From the IMG/VR virus record IMGVR_UViG_3300044766_000192, positions 16,420 through 80,419 of that record: a stretch of DNA of 64,000 nt; one strand, 5' to 3'. Positions 8,926-19,722 of this stretch are shown piece by piece. This DNA is from a virus. The stretch's first letter is position 1; every line of letters starts with the position of its first letter. The position numbers and the translations under genes were made by a program. Below the pieces are notes generated by a model. That model had not been told where the DNA came from. It did no database searches and worked only from the letters and a program-made list of their open reading frames with translations.

Positions 8926-10011
8926 TGGATCACGGTGGTCACTGGTAGCGGCACGGGAGTTTCCTGGACCTCTTTGGCCTCTGCAAGTTGGGGTGCTTCA
9001 CCCGGAGCCTGCAAGCGCAGTTGATCTTTCAGCTGTTCGATCTCTAGCTGAAGCCGATATTCAAGTGCGTCCGTACGCCGTCGCGTCCATTCGACCGCGA
9101 ACAACACAGCAAAAAACACCGTCAGAGTTTGAAACAAAGTTGTTACGAGCATGGTCACTCCACGAGATAGACTTCAAGCAAGATGACGTAGCCGAGCAGG
9201 ATGAGCGGAAACAGCACGGCTTCGCCGATGAGCGCAGCGCCGAACAGCCCGGCACGTGTGCCGTCGTTCAGACAGTTCAGCCACCAGCTCATCGGGTTCA
9301 TGGCGCCGCCCACCCACTCGGTAGTTCGCGATCATCGACGAGCGCGCAATGTCGTGCGAGCGCACGTTTGATCTCGATCGGTGCGTCGTCACCGAGCAGT
9401 CGCGCGGCATCGAGCACGACCCGAGCCGCATCAAGCTCCATCATCATGGACGCGATAGCGTTGAACGCTTCGTGCTGAACGTGCCAGGGCTCGCTGTGCC
9501 GCAAGATTTCGATCTGCATGCCACTGCTCTTGTTGAACGTGTACTTTCCGTTGTCGACGCGAACGCTCATGGCTTTCGACTCCTCTTTATTTCGGTGAGC
9601 AAGATCCACGCGCAGGCCGGACAGAGCCTGATGCGCTGTGCCTGTACGGGATCATTTCCTTGCCCGACCTCGATCGTATTTGTCGGCTCGGCGCTGCAAC
9701 CGTTGCAACCGCCTTGTTGCTTGCCTGTGGGGTACCAGCGGACGCTCATCGAATGATTCTCCTGTCTGGCGCCATGGTGATGTGTTCTGGCGGTCCGACA
9801 TCCATTCCATATTGCCGTGTAGGGACGAACGGGATGAATGCGAAGCGTCGCCCGTCCTTTTGCACTGAGCCGTACTCCGCAGATGTCGAATCGACGACGA
9901 CGCCTCGTGCCTGCGTTTCAACGATACGATGTGCGATTAGCTTGAGGCCCCACGTGACTACATCGCCAACCTTGAATTTCTTGGCGAGCTTTTTCTGAAC
10001 GGCTCGACAAC

Positions 10012-10902
10012 TCACGGTTTCTTCCCCTTCCTGAATTCGGCGAGCTGGCCGGCAACGGCCTTGCCGCGCGAGCCTCGGTCGTATCGACGGGTCGTCTTGG
10101 AGTCACTGTGATGGACCGATGCCTGGATCTCGTACTCTGGGAGCCCGGCGTCGTAGCAAGCCGTGATGAACGCAGCACGGAAGCAGTGCGGATGAACGTT
10201 CTTGGCTCCGACGGCTTTGGCGCGTTCGTTGACGAGCTTGTTGATGGTGAGGGGATTCAGCGGTCGAATACCATCGGCGCCCGGAAACATGAATTCGGAC
10301 GGTGGGGCAAGCCCTAGCCAGCGATCGATCGCTTCGATCGTGCTCTCGGGTAACTTGCTCTCGACTTCGTTGTCACCTTTGACGATGGCTCGCAGAATCC
10401 CATCGAAGTAGTCGGCTCGCTTGAGTGCCGCGATAGATGCACGGCGCAGCCCAGTGTCATAGAGCAGCCGTAGGATCGCCGCATCGCGCGCTCCGCGAGT
10501 CTTGTCGAGATCTGCGACGGCGTTTGCGATCATCGCCTCGGCGTCGTCAGCCGCCACGAGCCGCGTCTTGTTGACTGTGGACTCGGGGGGCCACGCCAGG
10601 ACGCTGGGATGGAACGGGTTCGAGGTGACGACGCGACCCGCTAGCAGCACGCGGTAGATTCCCGATAGCGATGCGAGCGCGCGGCGGGCGCTCCCACGCG
10701 ACAAGCCATCCCGAAACGCCGCTGCTGCGCTGAGCGGTGGCGAAATCGGCTTGCATCCGAATCGCTTGCAGAATTCAACCCAGTGATGCAAATCGGCTTG
10801 ATACGCCTTCCGAGTGTTATCGGATCGTTTCGCGGCGATCAACGAAAGCGCTGCGCTTTCGAATTCGTCGACGGAGATTCGGATGAGAGCTTGGTCGGAC
10901 AT
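10012..10902 (-). CDS. Tyrosine recombinase (Xer/Cre-like)
   Basis: SDNTRKAY SAM-like domain; RDAAILRLLYDTGLRR, KGD, HPHCFR, HH, TTRRYD catalytic residues. Confidence 0.92.
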   Translation of the reverse strand: MSDQALIRISVDEFESAALSLIAAKRSDNTRKAYQADLHHWVEFCKRFGCKPISPPLSAAAAFRDGLSRGSARRALASLSGIYRVLLAGRVVTSNPFHPSVLAWPPESTVNKTRLVAADDAEAMIANAVADLDKTRGARDAAILRLLYDTGLRRASIAALKRADYFDGILRAIVKGDNEVESKLPESTIEAIDRWLGLAPPSEFMFPGADGIRPLNPLTINKLVNERAKAVGAKNVHPHCFRAAFITACYDAGLPEYEIQASVHHSDSKTTRRYDRGSRGKAVAGQLAEFRKGKKP

Positions 10903-10906
10903 GGGG

Positions 10907-10947
10907 GATCGAAATAACTCCTAGTTATGTTAATGGCCCTGATCTAC
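10907..10947. promoter_or_regulatory. dif/res-like site upstream of the recombinase
   Basis: GATCGAAATAA-CTCCTAG-TTATGTTAATG; right arm resembles the XerD arm TTATGTTAAAT. Confidence 0.55.
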
Positions 10948-11397
10948 TAGTAAACCATGACGGTTTTTAGACTGCCCGGCCTTCACTGTCACACGGATAA
11001 TCTGAGCGGGATCTCGCTTCAGATATCGGATTGCAGCTTTCAGGCTTTTAACCGAGTCGTGAAAGAAGCCAATTCCTAGGTTGCAGCGCAAACAAAGCAA
11101 GCCTCGAATCCGATTGGTCGCGTGGCAATGATCCAAGCTCAGGCGGCGTGTTTCGGATCTCTTACAGATTGCGCATTGACCCTTCTGCTTTTTGAACAAG
11201 TAGGCGTACAGCCATTTGCTTTTCAGCCCCTTGTTGGTGTGCTTGCGCTGATACGCAGCGGCCCGCAACTTTGCGGCCCCGCGCGCTACACCTGCAGCGA
11301 TCTCACGTTCAATGATTGATTCGTCGCGTTGTTTCGCTAAAGCCCTGAGGCGTGCCTTGAAATCACGTCGAAATCTCTTCAGTTTTGCCTGTTCCAT
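10930..11397 (-). CDS. Endonuclease VII-type HNH endonuclease
   Basis: QKGQCAIC, LDHCH, IRGLLCLRCN, AIRYL; lower GC. Confidence 0.9.
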   Translation of the reverse strand: MEQAKLKRFRRDFKARLRALAKQRDESIIEREIAAGVARGAAKLRAAAYQRKHTNKGLKSKWLYAYLFKKQKGQCAICKRSETRRLSLDHCHATNRIRGLLCLRCNLGIGFFHDSVKSLKAAIRYLKRDPAQIIRVTVKAGQSKNRHGLLVDQGH

Positions 11398-12543
11398 AAA
11401 CAGTTCCTAGTTCCGAGCTTTAGCTACTACCGCATCGTGTGTGGCTACCCACTGCTCGCAGAGCTTGTCGATCAGCTTCTTATCGGTCACGAGCTTGCCG
11501 TGAATTGCATCCGGTGGCGGCACGCACAAGTCAACCGTGTTGGCCTGCACTTCGCCACCAGGGTTCACACCGAGTGCGTGCGAGAGCTGAACGGCTGTGA
11601 TCATCCCGCGAGCTTGAATGATCGTGACGCCGAGAAACCCGGTGTCATCAGCAAATGAAAGATGCCACCACAGCGCGGGTTCGCTTGTTTCTTTGGCCAG
11701 ATACTCCGCGATGCGCTTTTGGCGTTCCTTGTCTTTCATGATTTGGGCTCTCCTGGGTACTGGCCTTGCTTGATCCGAGCCTTGCGCATAGCTTCCGTGC
11801 CCTTCCGATAGGATCGGATGCGTTCCAAAAGCTCGTAATAGGGCCCAGGAAGCGATACGGCTACCCAAGATGAGATCGCGCCTTCGACTTGAGCGAGTAG
11901 TCCGTCGACTCTGATTCGTTCATCAGCGAGTCCAAGCGAGTAATCCTGTGGTTGAATGTGATTGCGTGATTCGATACACGCACAAAGTACTTTCAGTTCC
12001 TCGGCGAGAGCATCACGTTGTGTCCTAGCCTCATCGCGCTCTTTGCGGAATATTTGTTCGCAAGAATGAGCGGCTTGCATCGATGCGAATGCCCCATCGA
12101 ACTGCGCTCTGGCCTCATCGCGCTGTACCTTGACCGCTTCGCGTTCTTGACGCAGTTGTAGCGCCCGTTCCGAGTTGGCGCGAGAGTCCTTAGAAAGAGT
12201 GCTGACAGCGACGTCGAGCTGCTTCACGCGCACGCGGAGACGATTGATCTCCGCATCGCGCTCGGCAAGCAATTGAGCGTTGATCAACGGTTGATCGAGC
12301 CACGGCATCCGACGCCACTCTTCTTTCGTCTCGGGCTCTTCGCCTTCGGGCAAGAACACGAGCGTGTCGAATATGAGCCCATGGCTGTTGTGCTCGATGA
12401 CCCAAGCGAGCAGCCGAGTATGGGATGGAAAGCTCGATCGCTTCGTGATGCACTCGCCGCCGGGATGTCCGTAGGCACCGCCGAGATCGGTTCCCTGCCA
12501 CGGCATCTGATCGCCACAGCGAGAACAGGTGATCGTTCCCCTT

Positions 12544-13059
12544 TCAATGGACGAGGGCATGTTCACTCCAGAACTTGGTTGAAGCTTCGAGATCTTTGCA
12601 GCTCGGATCGCCGGGCTCTTGCGGTGTCAACGGGCCACCAAACGCTGTGAACAGGATGCAAGCGTGCTTGATCTTGCCGTTGTGGTCGCACATCGGGCAG
12701 CCTTCGTGCCCTGACTGGAGCCCGGGAATCGGGCCAGAGAAGATAGGGATCATCGGACAAGGTTCTTCGTGCGGCCCTGCGATCACGGTGACGAGCCGCG
12801 TCGTGCGAACGCCGAGTCGCTGTACGATGCGCGACTTCCACGCACGCGATCCACGCACGCCGTAGCTGACCTCAGACTCGGCGATCGGCTCGTCGCCCAT
12901 GATCGGCCCGTAGAGCCCGCACGGCACCGAGCCCAGCTCTGGGGGCAACTCGATTGTCTCGATGAAGAACGAGTCACGAGTCGCGAATCGCTCGAAGATG
13001 TAAGCGATCTGAGCCTCGGTGAGCCCGTGGTCTAGATGCGATTCGGGATGGCGCTTCAT
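12544..13059 (-). CDS. Conserved phage hypothetical protein with CxxC insertion
   Basis: SHLDHG...CGLYGP..GD...FTAFGGP..PQEPGDP...FW.EHAL; start reassigned to 13059. Confidence 0.65.
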   Translation of the reverse strand: MKRHPESHLDHGLTEAQIAYIFERFATRDSFFIETIELPPELGSVPCGLYGPIMGDEPIAESEVSYGVRGSRAWKSRIVQRLGVRTTRLVTVIAGPHEEPCPMIPIFSGPIPGLQSGHEGCPMCDHNGKIKHACILFTAFGGPLTPQEPGDPSCKDLEASTKFWSEHALVH

Positions 13060-13843
13060 TTCTTGGTGCTCCGCGATTTGTAGGTTGGGGCTCCGTAGAC
13101 TGGCGGCTCTTGGATGGACCAACGTCGAGGAGACGCTGAATGGCCGAAGACTTCAGGCTTGGCGTCCTTCGCTCGCGCTAGTCCAGCCACTGCGATCAGC
13201 GCGAGCCCGAGCTGTTCGGCTTCGTCTGGGGTAAATGTCCCTTCGAATGAGGGTGTAACGGCATTCATCGTGAACATCGTGACTACGCGCTCGTTATCAA
13301 GCGAAACGGTCTCTTCGACGCCGATCTCAGCGCCATTATCGAGCCTAACGATTCGTTGAGCGCTCATCGGCGCTCCTTGCGGTAGTCATTGACGAACTTG
13401 TAGCCCTGTGCTGACGCGACGTCTTGATCAGGGGGATGCGCGACGACCTTGCAGCGAATCTCGTGGCCGTATGCATGGGGTAACGCGTGGGTCATGATGC
13501 TGTGCGCGCGATCGTCAGTCAGATCAAAACCGTCTTCGACCCACGTCTCGCTGACTTCGATCTCGACGGTCCACTTGAAGAATTTCATTTGCACGCCTCC
13601 TCGCAGCGCTCGCACGGATGGTGCAAGCAATGGATGTGGTGATCGGGCTTCGCGCAGCACGCTGCGCCCGCAGCCATCGGCGGATACTTGAATCCGCACG
13701 TGTGGCAGACGAGCCGCCAGTGCTTGGGCAAGATTCCGCACGTGTGCTCGTTTCTTGTTCTCACGTGCGAATCTTGATCATGAGCTGGGTTGATGCCGCG
13801 AGCGGCGCGCTGATGTCGTTGCTCCCCGGCCGTTCGCAGAGCT

Positions 13844-14227
13844 TCACGGAGATACACTTGCGTCGATCTGCCTGCCACAGACGCTGATCTTCGTGAATCC
13901 GCCATCTGGGTTTGGGCAGATGAAGACGCCGCACGTATTGTCGGGGAAGCTTGGTAGCGCGCACGCGCGCAGGGCATCTTCATCGGGCAAGAGCGCGCAG
14001 CACGGATCAATTGCAGTCGCGTCGAGCTTGCTGTCGATCGCAGCGTCGGGCTCTGAGCCAGATAGTACGCACTGCGATCCGTTGCATTCGCAGACGTGTC
14101 GCGACGTGCAAGGCAAAAAACCTGTGCAGCCAAGCTCGGCGCAGGTTTCAAGCTTGTTGTCGCCACATGCTTGCAGCGTGAGCACGATGAAGAACCACAT
14201 CCATCGAATAAGCTTTTTGATGATCAC
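13844..14227 (-). CDS. Cys-rich lipoprotein
   Basis: SD AGGAG; lipobox LQAC-GDN; PDAAID linker; many Cys. Confidence 0.75.
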   Translation of the reverse strand: MIIKKLIRWMWFFIVLTLQACGDNKLETCAELGCTGFLPCTSRHVCECNGSQCVLSGSEPDAAIDSKLDATAIDPCCALLPDEDALRACALPSFPDNTCGVFICPNPDGGFTKISVCGRQIDASVSP

Positions 14228-14246
14228 GGTTGTCTCCTTTTGGGAT

Positions 14247-14564
14247 CTAAACGCACTCGATGCAGCAGAGACCGCTGACGACGACCCCGAGCGCGCAATG
14301 GTCCATCGATACGCAGCATTCGTTTGGGTTGATCGCGGCGCACTCCGCGTTCGTCGTGCAAGAAATCGGGCTGTCGATCGGCGGCGCGTCTGGTACATGA
14401 CTATCTGTTCGTCCATCCGAGCAGGCATCACATGGCAGCGCGTCGTAGTGGATCTCCTGTAGGTTGAACAGCTGATCGCACGCCGCGAGCGCAAACAGCA
14501 ACCCAGCGTACGCCCAGAATGCGTACAGCCCAGTAACGCGCTTGAATCCGGCACGTGGCTTCAT
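14247..14564 (-). CDS. Cys-rich lipoprotein
   Basis: Lipobox LAAC-DQLFNL; PDAPPID linker; many Cys. Confidence 0.75.
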   Translation of the reverse strand: MKPRAGFKRVTGLYAFWAYAGLLFALAACDQLFNLQEIHYDALPCDACSDGRTDSHVPDAPPIDSPISCTTNAECAAINPNECCVSMDHCALGVVVSGLCCIECV

Positions 14565-14930
14565 CGGTATTGACCCTTCGAGATCGTCAGGGCCATGTCG
14601 GCGATGTCTTCATAGATTTTGGCGGCGGGATACGCGACATCCTGTTGATGCTGTTGCTCCTCGGCTGTGCCGTGCAGTGGCACGCTGTTGATCAGCTTGG
14701 TTGCTTTGCCGCGCAGCATCCCAGCGAACGCGCGCCAGTCTTCTGATGGATGCCGGCTCATCTGAGTCTCCATGAAACATCGACGTTGTTGCGCTTGCCG
14801 AATCGCCGTGCGGCTTGCTCGGCACCTTTTGGTGTCTTACGAATCGCAACCCGCACGCCACTAGCGTTGCAGGGAAAGTACGCAAACACGTGATAGCGGA
14901 ATCCCGCAGCGGCCTGTAGACGTTCGCCTC

Positions 14931-15203
14931 TCACGCGATCTCCCTTCGGCAAGCCTGACAGTAAGTCACGCCGTGCTCGATACACGGTCGCGGTGACTTG
15001 TCGGGAGGCAGGTACCGCGTGTCGCGCTCGAACTTGATTCGCGCTACGTGTGACGCACCGATGACTTTGCGCGTGTTGGCGTGCCGGCACTTCTCACCGG
15101 GGCCAACTTGGCAAGTCGGGCACTCGAGCGCCGCTTCGTGCTCGTTGCCCGCGTTCGCGGCGAGCTTGAGCAGCTTTTGGATCCTGTCGATGATCTTGCT
15201 CAT
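14931..15203 (-). CDS. DUF2786-like N-terminal fragment fused to zinc fingers
   Basis: MSKIIDRIQKLLKLA..NEHEAA then CPTC..GPGEKC..H and C..H...C..C. Confidence 0.6.
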   Translation of the reverse strand: MSKIIDRIQKLLKLAANAGNEHEAALECPTCQVGPGEKCRHANTRKVIGASHVARIKFERDTRYLPPDKSPRPCIEHGVTYCQACRREIA

Positions 15204-15889
15204 GACTGCGCCTCGCTTTCGTTCGGCCGGTCCGCCATCTGCTCGGCGACCCACGCGAGCGACTCGACGTCGGCGAGCGCATAGCTCGCCGTGGTGATCT
15301 GGGTGCCGTTGCTGCGATCAGTGCCGCCGTAGTCGACCGTGCGGTAGGTGCCGCAATGCGAGCAGACGCTCGTGCAGCGGACCGAGCCGTGATCGCTGCC
15401 CCACACACCGGGGTTTTCCTTGACGCCGCCGACGACCGAATACGGCGAGCGCCAGTCGTGCTCGCGCTCGTCTGCGCAGTCTGGCTCCGTGGGGTCGATC
15501 GTGATCGTGTCCGTGTCCGTCTCGTCGATCAGGTCGTTGGTGACGCGGATCGTGATCCGAAAGGTCTCCTCGACGTCGCCGTAACAGCTAGCATCGTAGT
15601 CGGCGGTGGCGATTTCAAGTGCCTCAGCGGACGAGGAGGCCCACACGGTACGGTAATCGTTGCCCTCCTCGGACACGTCCCACTCGATTTCCTCATCAGA
15701 GTGCATCAGTATGTTGCGCGCCGCGACAACGGCCTTGTCGGCCGCAAGCGAGGCCAGGTAGGTCGGCGCAGTCTCGTCGTCGGCGTCTGCTGAGTCGTCC
15801 TCCTGCCACGCCTGCTCGGCGAGCTTGGCAGCCGCAACGGCGCACAGTAGAGCCGTCGCGAGCGGGCCGTTCGTGTGGATGGTGCTCAC
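15200..15889 (-). CDS. Highly acidic early protein with zinc ribbon
   Basis: Asp/Glu-rich (EDDSADADDE, DETDTDT); C..HDW and CSHC. Confidence 0.65.
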   Translation of the reverse strand: MSTIHTNGPLATALLCAVAAAKLAEQAWQEDDSADADDETAPTYLASLAADKAVVAARNILMHSDEEIEWDVSEEGNDYRTVWASSSAEALEIATADYDASCYGDVEETFRITIRVTNDLIDETDTDTITIDPTEPDCADEREHDWRSPYSVVGGVKENPGVWGSDHGSVRCTSVCSHCGTYRTVDYGGTDRSNGTQITTASYALADVESLAWVAEQMADRPNESEAQS

Positions 15890-16765
15890 GACTGCCCCCT
15901 ATGGTTGTCGACGAACGAGGTAACGACCTGTCCGCAGTTGTTTGCGATCTCGTCGGCGAGATTCGCGCATTCGATCGGTCCGACGGCGCCGGGGAGTTTG
16001 CGTTCGAGCACGGCGAGCGCTGAGGCTCGCATCGCCTCGGTGATTCGTTTGAGTAGATCGGAATTCATGGGGTGTTCCTTCGTTGGGTTTGACTTCGTCA
16101 GTGCGCCGGGGACCATCCGAACGCAGACCCGGCACGTTGCCGGGTTTCGTCGCTAGTTCGTGCCCTCCGCAGAACACCCCTGCACCACGGAGGGTGAAAT
16201 AGCTGACGAAGTAGTAGCGCGAGCCATCGCGTCGATCACTTGCCACGCCTCGGCGAGCGCGAACACGTGACGAGCGACGAGCAGGGCTCGATCAAACGAA
16301 GTCTCGCCGGGCTCGAATGGGGCCGTAGCCAGCTCCGTGATTTCTTGCGCGGCGCGATTAGCTTGATCGACGGCTGCTGAGATCAGCCCGCTCGGCGATA
16401 GGTCTGTGACGATGACGGTAGGCATGGGGTGTGGTTCCTTGGTTGCTTGACGCTTGTAGCTCGCAGATCTGACAACTAGCCGAACGTGGCCGTGGTCGAG
16501 TTAGCGTGTGCTCGCCGTGCGCTCGCGCTCATCGGTGTTGCGCGATACGCACCACACGCGTATCCCGTGCGGTTAGTGGTCTGGTACCAATGACCTCCGG
16601 ATCCTGCACGATGTCCGTACGCATCTAGAAACCGGACGTGCTTGATCGCTTCGCGCCATGCTTCACGGGCGCTACGCCGCGTAAAGCTGGCGACAAGTCG
16701 AGACACTCGATACACGTAGATTGTGATCATCGTAGAGATCCTTTCATCGAGGTACGGCGTTCTCA

Positions 16766-18903
16766 TCAGTCAAGATCCAGCTCCACAAAGTCACAGAGCG
16801 AGTTGAGCAGTGCACGCAGCTCGTCAACGGCAACCTTGAGCGGCGCGTGCGCCTTTGGGCCGATCAGCTCGCGAAAGCCTTCGACGCGTGCCGCGACCTT
16901 GCTCAAATCCTTCACGCGGTTTGCAGCGGCTTCCGGCGACGCATCGGCGCGACGAGCGGCTAGCTCTTGCTCGGCCGTGCCAAGACAACTTTCGAGCGCT
17001 TTGCGCGCCGCTGCTTTGCCAGCGTCGGCTTTGTTGTTCTCGTACGCCTTGCGCACGGCGGCGATCTCGGCTGACAGCGTGCGAGCGATGCCATCGGCCA
17101 TCCCCGCTTTGCTGGCCAGCTCTCCCACGCCGATACCGCGCCCGAGGAACGGCAATGCCGCGTTGACGAAGTTTCGAATCTTGGTGCAATGCTCATCTGA
17201 CCCGGGGCAGTAGATGAAGCCATCAGACTTGACCGCGTAGAATTCATTGTGCAGCTTGCGCTTGAGCCACCCGAGCAAGTCACTCGCGGTGTAGCGCTCG
17301 CCGTCGATGCGCTCGTCAAACGCGGCAACCACGCGCTCACGTAGCTCCGTGGTCCCACCAACGAAGCGGATCTCGTCGTCGGCCGTCAGCTCGGCGATCA
17401 ACTCCTTATCACCGGCTGAACCCAGCACAGCGGCATCATTCGGGCGATCCACGATCCATCGGCTCGCGACATCCGCCGGCCACGCCGTAGCGTGCTTCTT
17501 TTTGGCGGCACGTGTCCGCAACCCGCCGCCGTTGAGCGTTTGCATCACGGCGCCAAACTGCGCTTTGTTGCTCTTGACGCCTGGCGCTAGGTCGCGGAAA
17601 CCGGCTTCAGTGAGCGCAGCGACGAGCGGCGCGCGTTCTTGCGATACGCCACGATGCGCATCGCCTGGGGCAATCACGATCCCCATGCCATCAGCAACGA
17701 GCCCAGCGATCAACATGCTACGCATCTCGTCGGAGCGCGTCTCGGCCGCACGCGTCTCGGCTCGGGCGATCTCCGTCGCATTTTGAGCCGTAGGCGTAGC
17801 CGTTGTTTTCCACAGCGCACGGCGTTGCGCGGCGGTCATGTCCATCGCGTTGACGCTCGGCGTGTGCGTGATGCCAACCCCGACAGGGAGTGTTGACTCG
17901 GGGATGATCGTCACGGTGAGCGCGTCGATCTGAGCCTGTGTGTAGTGGTAGGCCCTGCGAAGAATGCTCTTGTAGCTCTCGGCAGTCGCTTGCTTGACTC
18001 CATGCGCAAGCGCCGTCACGTAGCCTTGTGCCGTCGAGAAACCAACACCGCGAAGCTGGCCACCGGCCATCGATCCGAGCGTCGTACCCGCCGCGTTGCT
18101 CGCGCCTTCCGTCGCGATGCCGGTCAAGTCGCCGATGAGCGTCGAGCCCGAGCTAGTTGGCTCTTGCGCCGACTCGGCGGCAATCTCGACGGGCGCGGCA
18201 ACATAGCCCGCTGATTGCGCTAGCGCCGCTAGGTAGCCCGACTCGGAGGGCAAGCTCACAGCCGGGGTAGGTGAAACCGGGCTAGCGCTGCCCACGTATT
18301 CCGACTCGGGGACTACAACGCACGCACGCTCACCATTGGCGCGCGTCGTGACGACTGCCGTCACGATCTGGTAGCTCACGCGCCCGCCCTTCGTAGTCAC
18401 GCGTAGCCGTGAGCCTACGGTGGCCGGGCCCGTCGTGAGGGCATGGAATGCACCGCCACCGGCCGGGATCCAACGGGCCGCGAGCGGCGCGGGCTGTGCT
18501 ACGGGCGCGAGTGCAGCGGCGACGGGAGCCGGGGTAGGAGCCGCGACGGCGACGGGCGCAGGGGCCGCGACGGGGCGCCCGAAGAACGCGAGCGCGCCAG
18601 GTTGCCCGAGCGCAGCCCCGAACGAGCCCCACAGGCGAGCCCACACGAGCGCGAGCACGGTGAGCGGCGTGGGCGCTACGGGTGCCGTGCAGCGCGCTTG
18701 CGCGGCGGCAAGTGCAGCGCGTACGGCGGCTTTGCCTGCACCCTCGGACTGTGCACGGATAGGCTCGATGATCTTGGCGATCTCGCTACGCGAGGTAGCG
18801 CCGTCGAGCATATCCACTGCGTTGCGAGCCCACGGGGGAAGCGGTAGGGCGTCCATTTCGAGATCGAGCACGTCGTCGGGAACGGGGGTGTTTGCGGTCG
18901 CCA
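16766..18903 (-). CDS. Large Ala/Pro-rich early protein, first gene of the leftward operon
   Basis: Long ORF; start reassigned to ATG 18903 after AAGGAAAACACCCC. Confidence 0.75.
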
Positions 18904-18993
18904 TGGGGTGTTTTCCTTCGTTCGGGGTGTTGTCGTCGGTCATGGGGGGCTGTGCTTTTTCCGTCTCACCAACCAACCCACCAACCGAAGTCA

Positions 18994-19022
18994 ACTGTAG
19001 ATCAGGGGTTATGTTAATGCAA
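18994..19022 (-). promoter_or_regulatory. sigma70-type early promoter
   Basis: TTGCAT-N17-TACAGT with an A-rich upstream tract. Confidence 0.7.
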
Positions 19023-19042
19023 TCTTTTTCGACGGTCGGTGT

Positions 19043-19330
19043 GTAAGTATCGGATATCTATCCGAAAATAGTTACTTGCCCAAACCGATCCGATCCCCTA
19101 CCATGGTTTACAGAATCATCCGAAATATCTGTAATAGTTTCCGAAAGTTATGAAATAGTTTCCGAATTCATCCGAGTTGTTTCGGATACTTACGAATCGA
19201 CATCCGAAAGCCATCCGAAATGTCCAAAAACGCCCCGATCCAGGCTCGGATCTGACTCGGATCTGGCTCGGATCCAGCCCCCTATCTACTGATCCAAAAA
19301 CCCCCAAAATCCCCCATCCGACTCGGATTT
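19043..19330. repeat. Non-coding array of TCCGA/TCGGA repeats
   Basis: AATAGTTTCCGAA x2 (21-bp period), CTCGGATC x3 (11-bp period), CATCCGAAA repeats, IR TCGGATA-TC-TATCCGA. Confidence 0.75.
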
Positions 19331-19389
19331 CGTAGCTCTCCAGCGAGCCGAATCCTCTCCAGCTAGCAACATCGTTTGAGGTCAAACTA

Positions 19390-19722
19390 ATGCCGCGTTT
19401 CAGAAAAGGCGGGCTCTACTCCAGTCGCGATCCATCCGCCAGAACGATCGCCGTTCGACTCTCCGGGGACCTGTGTTCTGCCGTCGAAGAGGCGTGCTCC
19501 GCGCAGGGGATCACGGTCAGCGAATTCTTGCGCGAGATGATCCACGCGTGGTGCTACGGGCAATCGCAACTCCAGAGCCCGAGCGACGGCTACCGCCAAG
19601 CACGATCGATGGCGACACAACTCGCGAACGCCGCGATCAGCCGCGCGCTCGCGGATCTGCCGGATACGCCCGAGGGCGCGACGCAGATGCTCGGCGAATT
19701 CTACGGGCGGCGCAGTGGTTAG
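19390..19722 (+). CDS. Ribbon-helix-helix (CopG-like) DNA-binding protein
   Basis: RTIAVRLSGDLCSAVEEACSAQGITVSEFLREMI. Confidence 0.75.
   Translation: MPRFRKGGLYSSRDPSARTIAVRLSGDLCSAVEEACSAQGITVSEFLREMIHAWCYGQSQLQSPSDGYRQARSMATQLANAAISRALADLPDTPEGATQMLGEFYGRRSG

Noticed and set aside
10907-10935. Host chromosomal dif site or prophage boundary
   Set aside because: Spacer is 7 bp, the left arm is divergent and both flanks are viral-type genes; kept only as a res-like candidate
19043-19385. CRISPR array, or the 89-aa ORF 19116-19385, in the repeat field
   Set aside because: Repeats are 5-13 bp without unique 30-40 bp spacers and there are no cas genes; the ORF has atypical composition and no start signal
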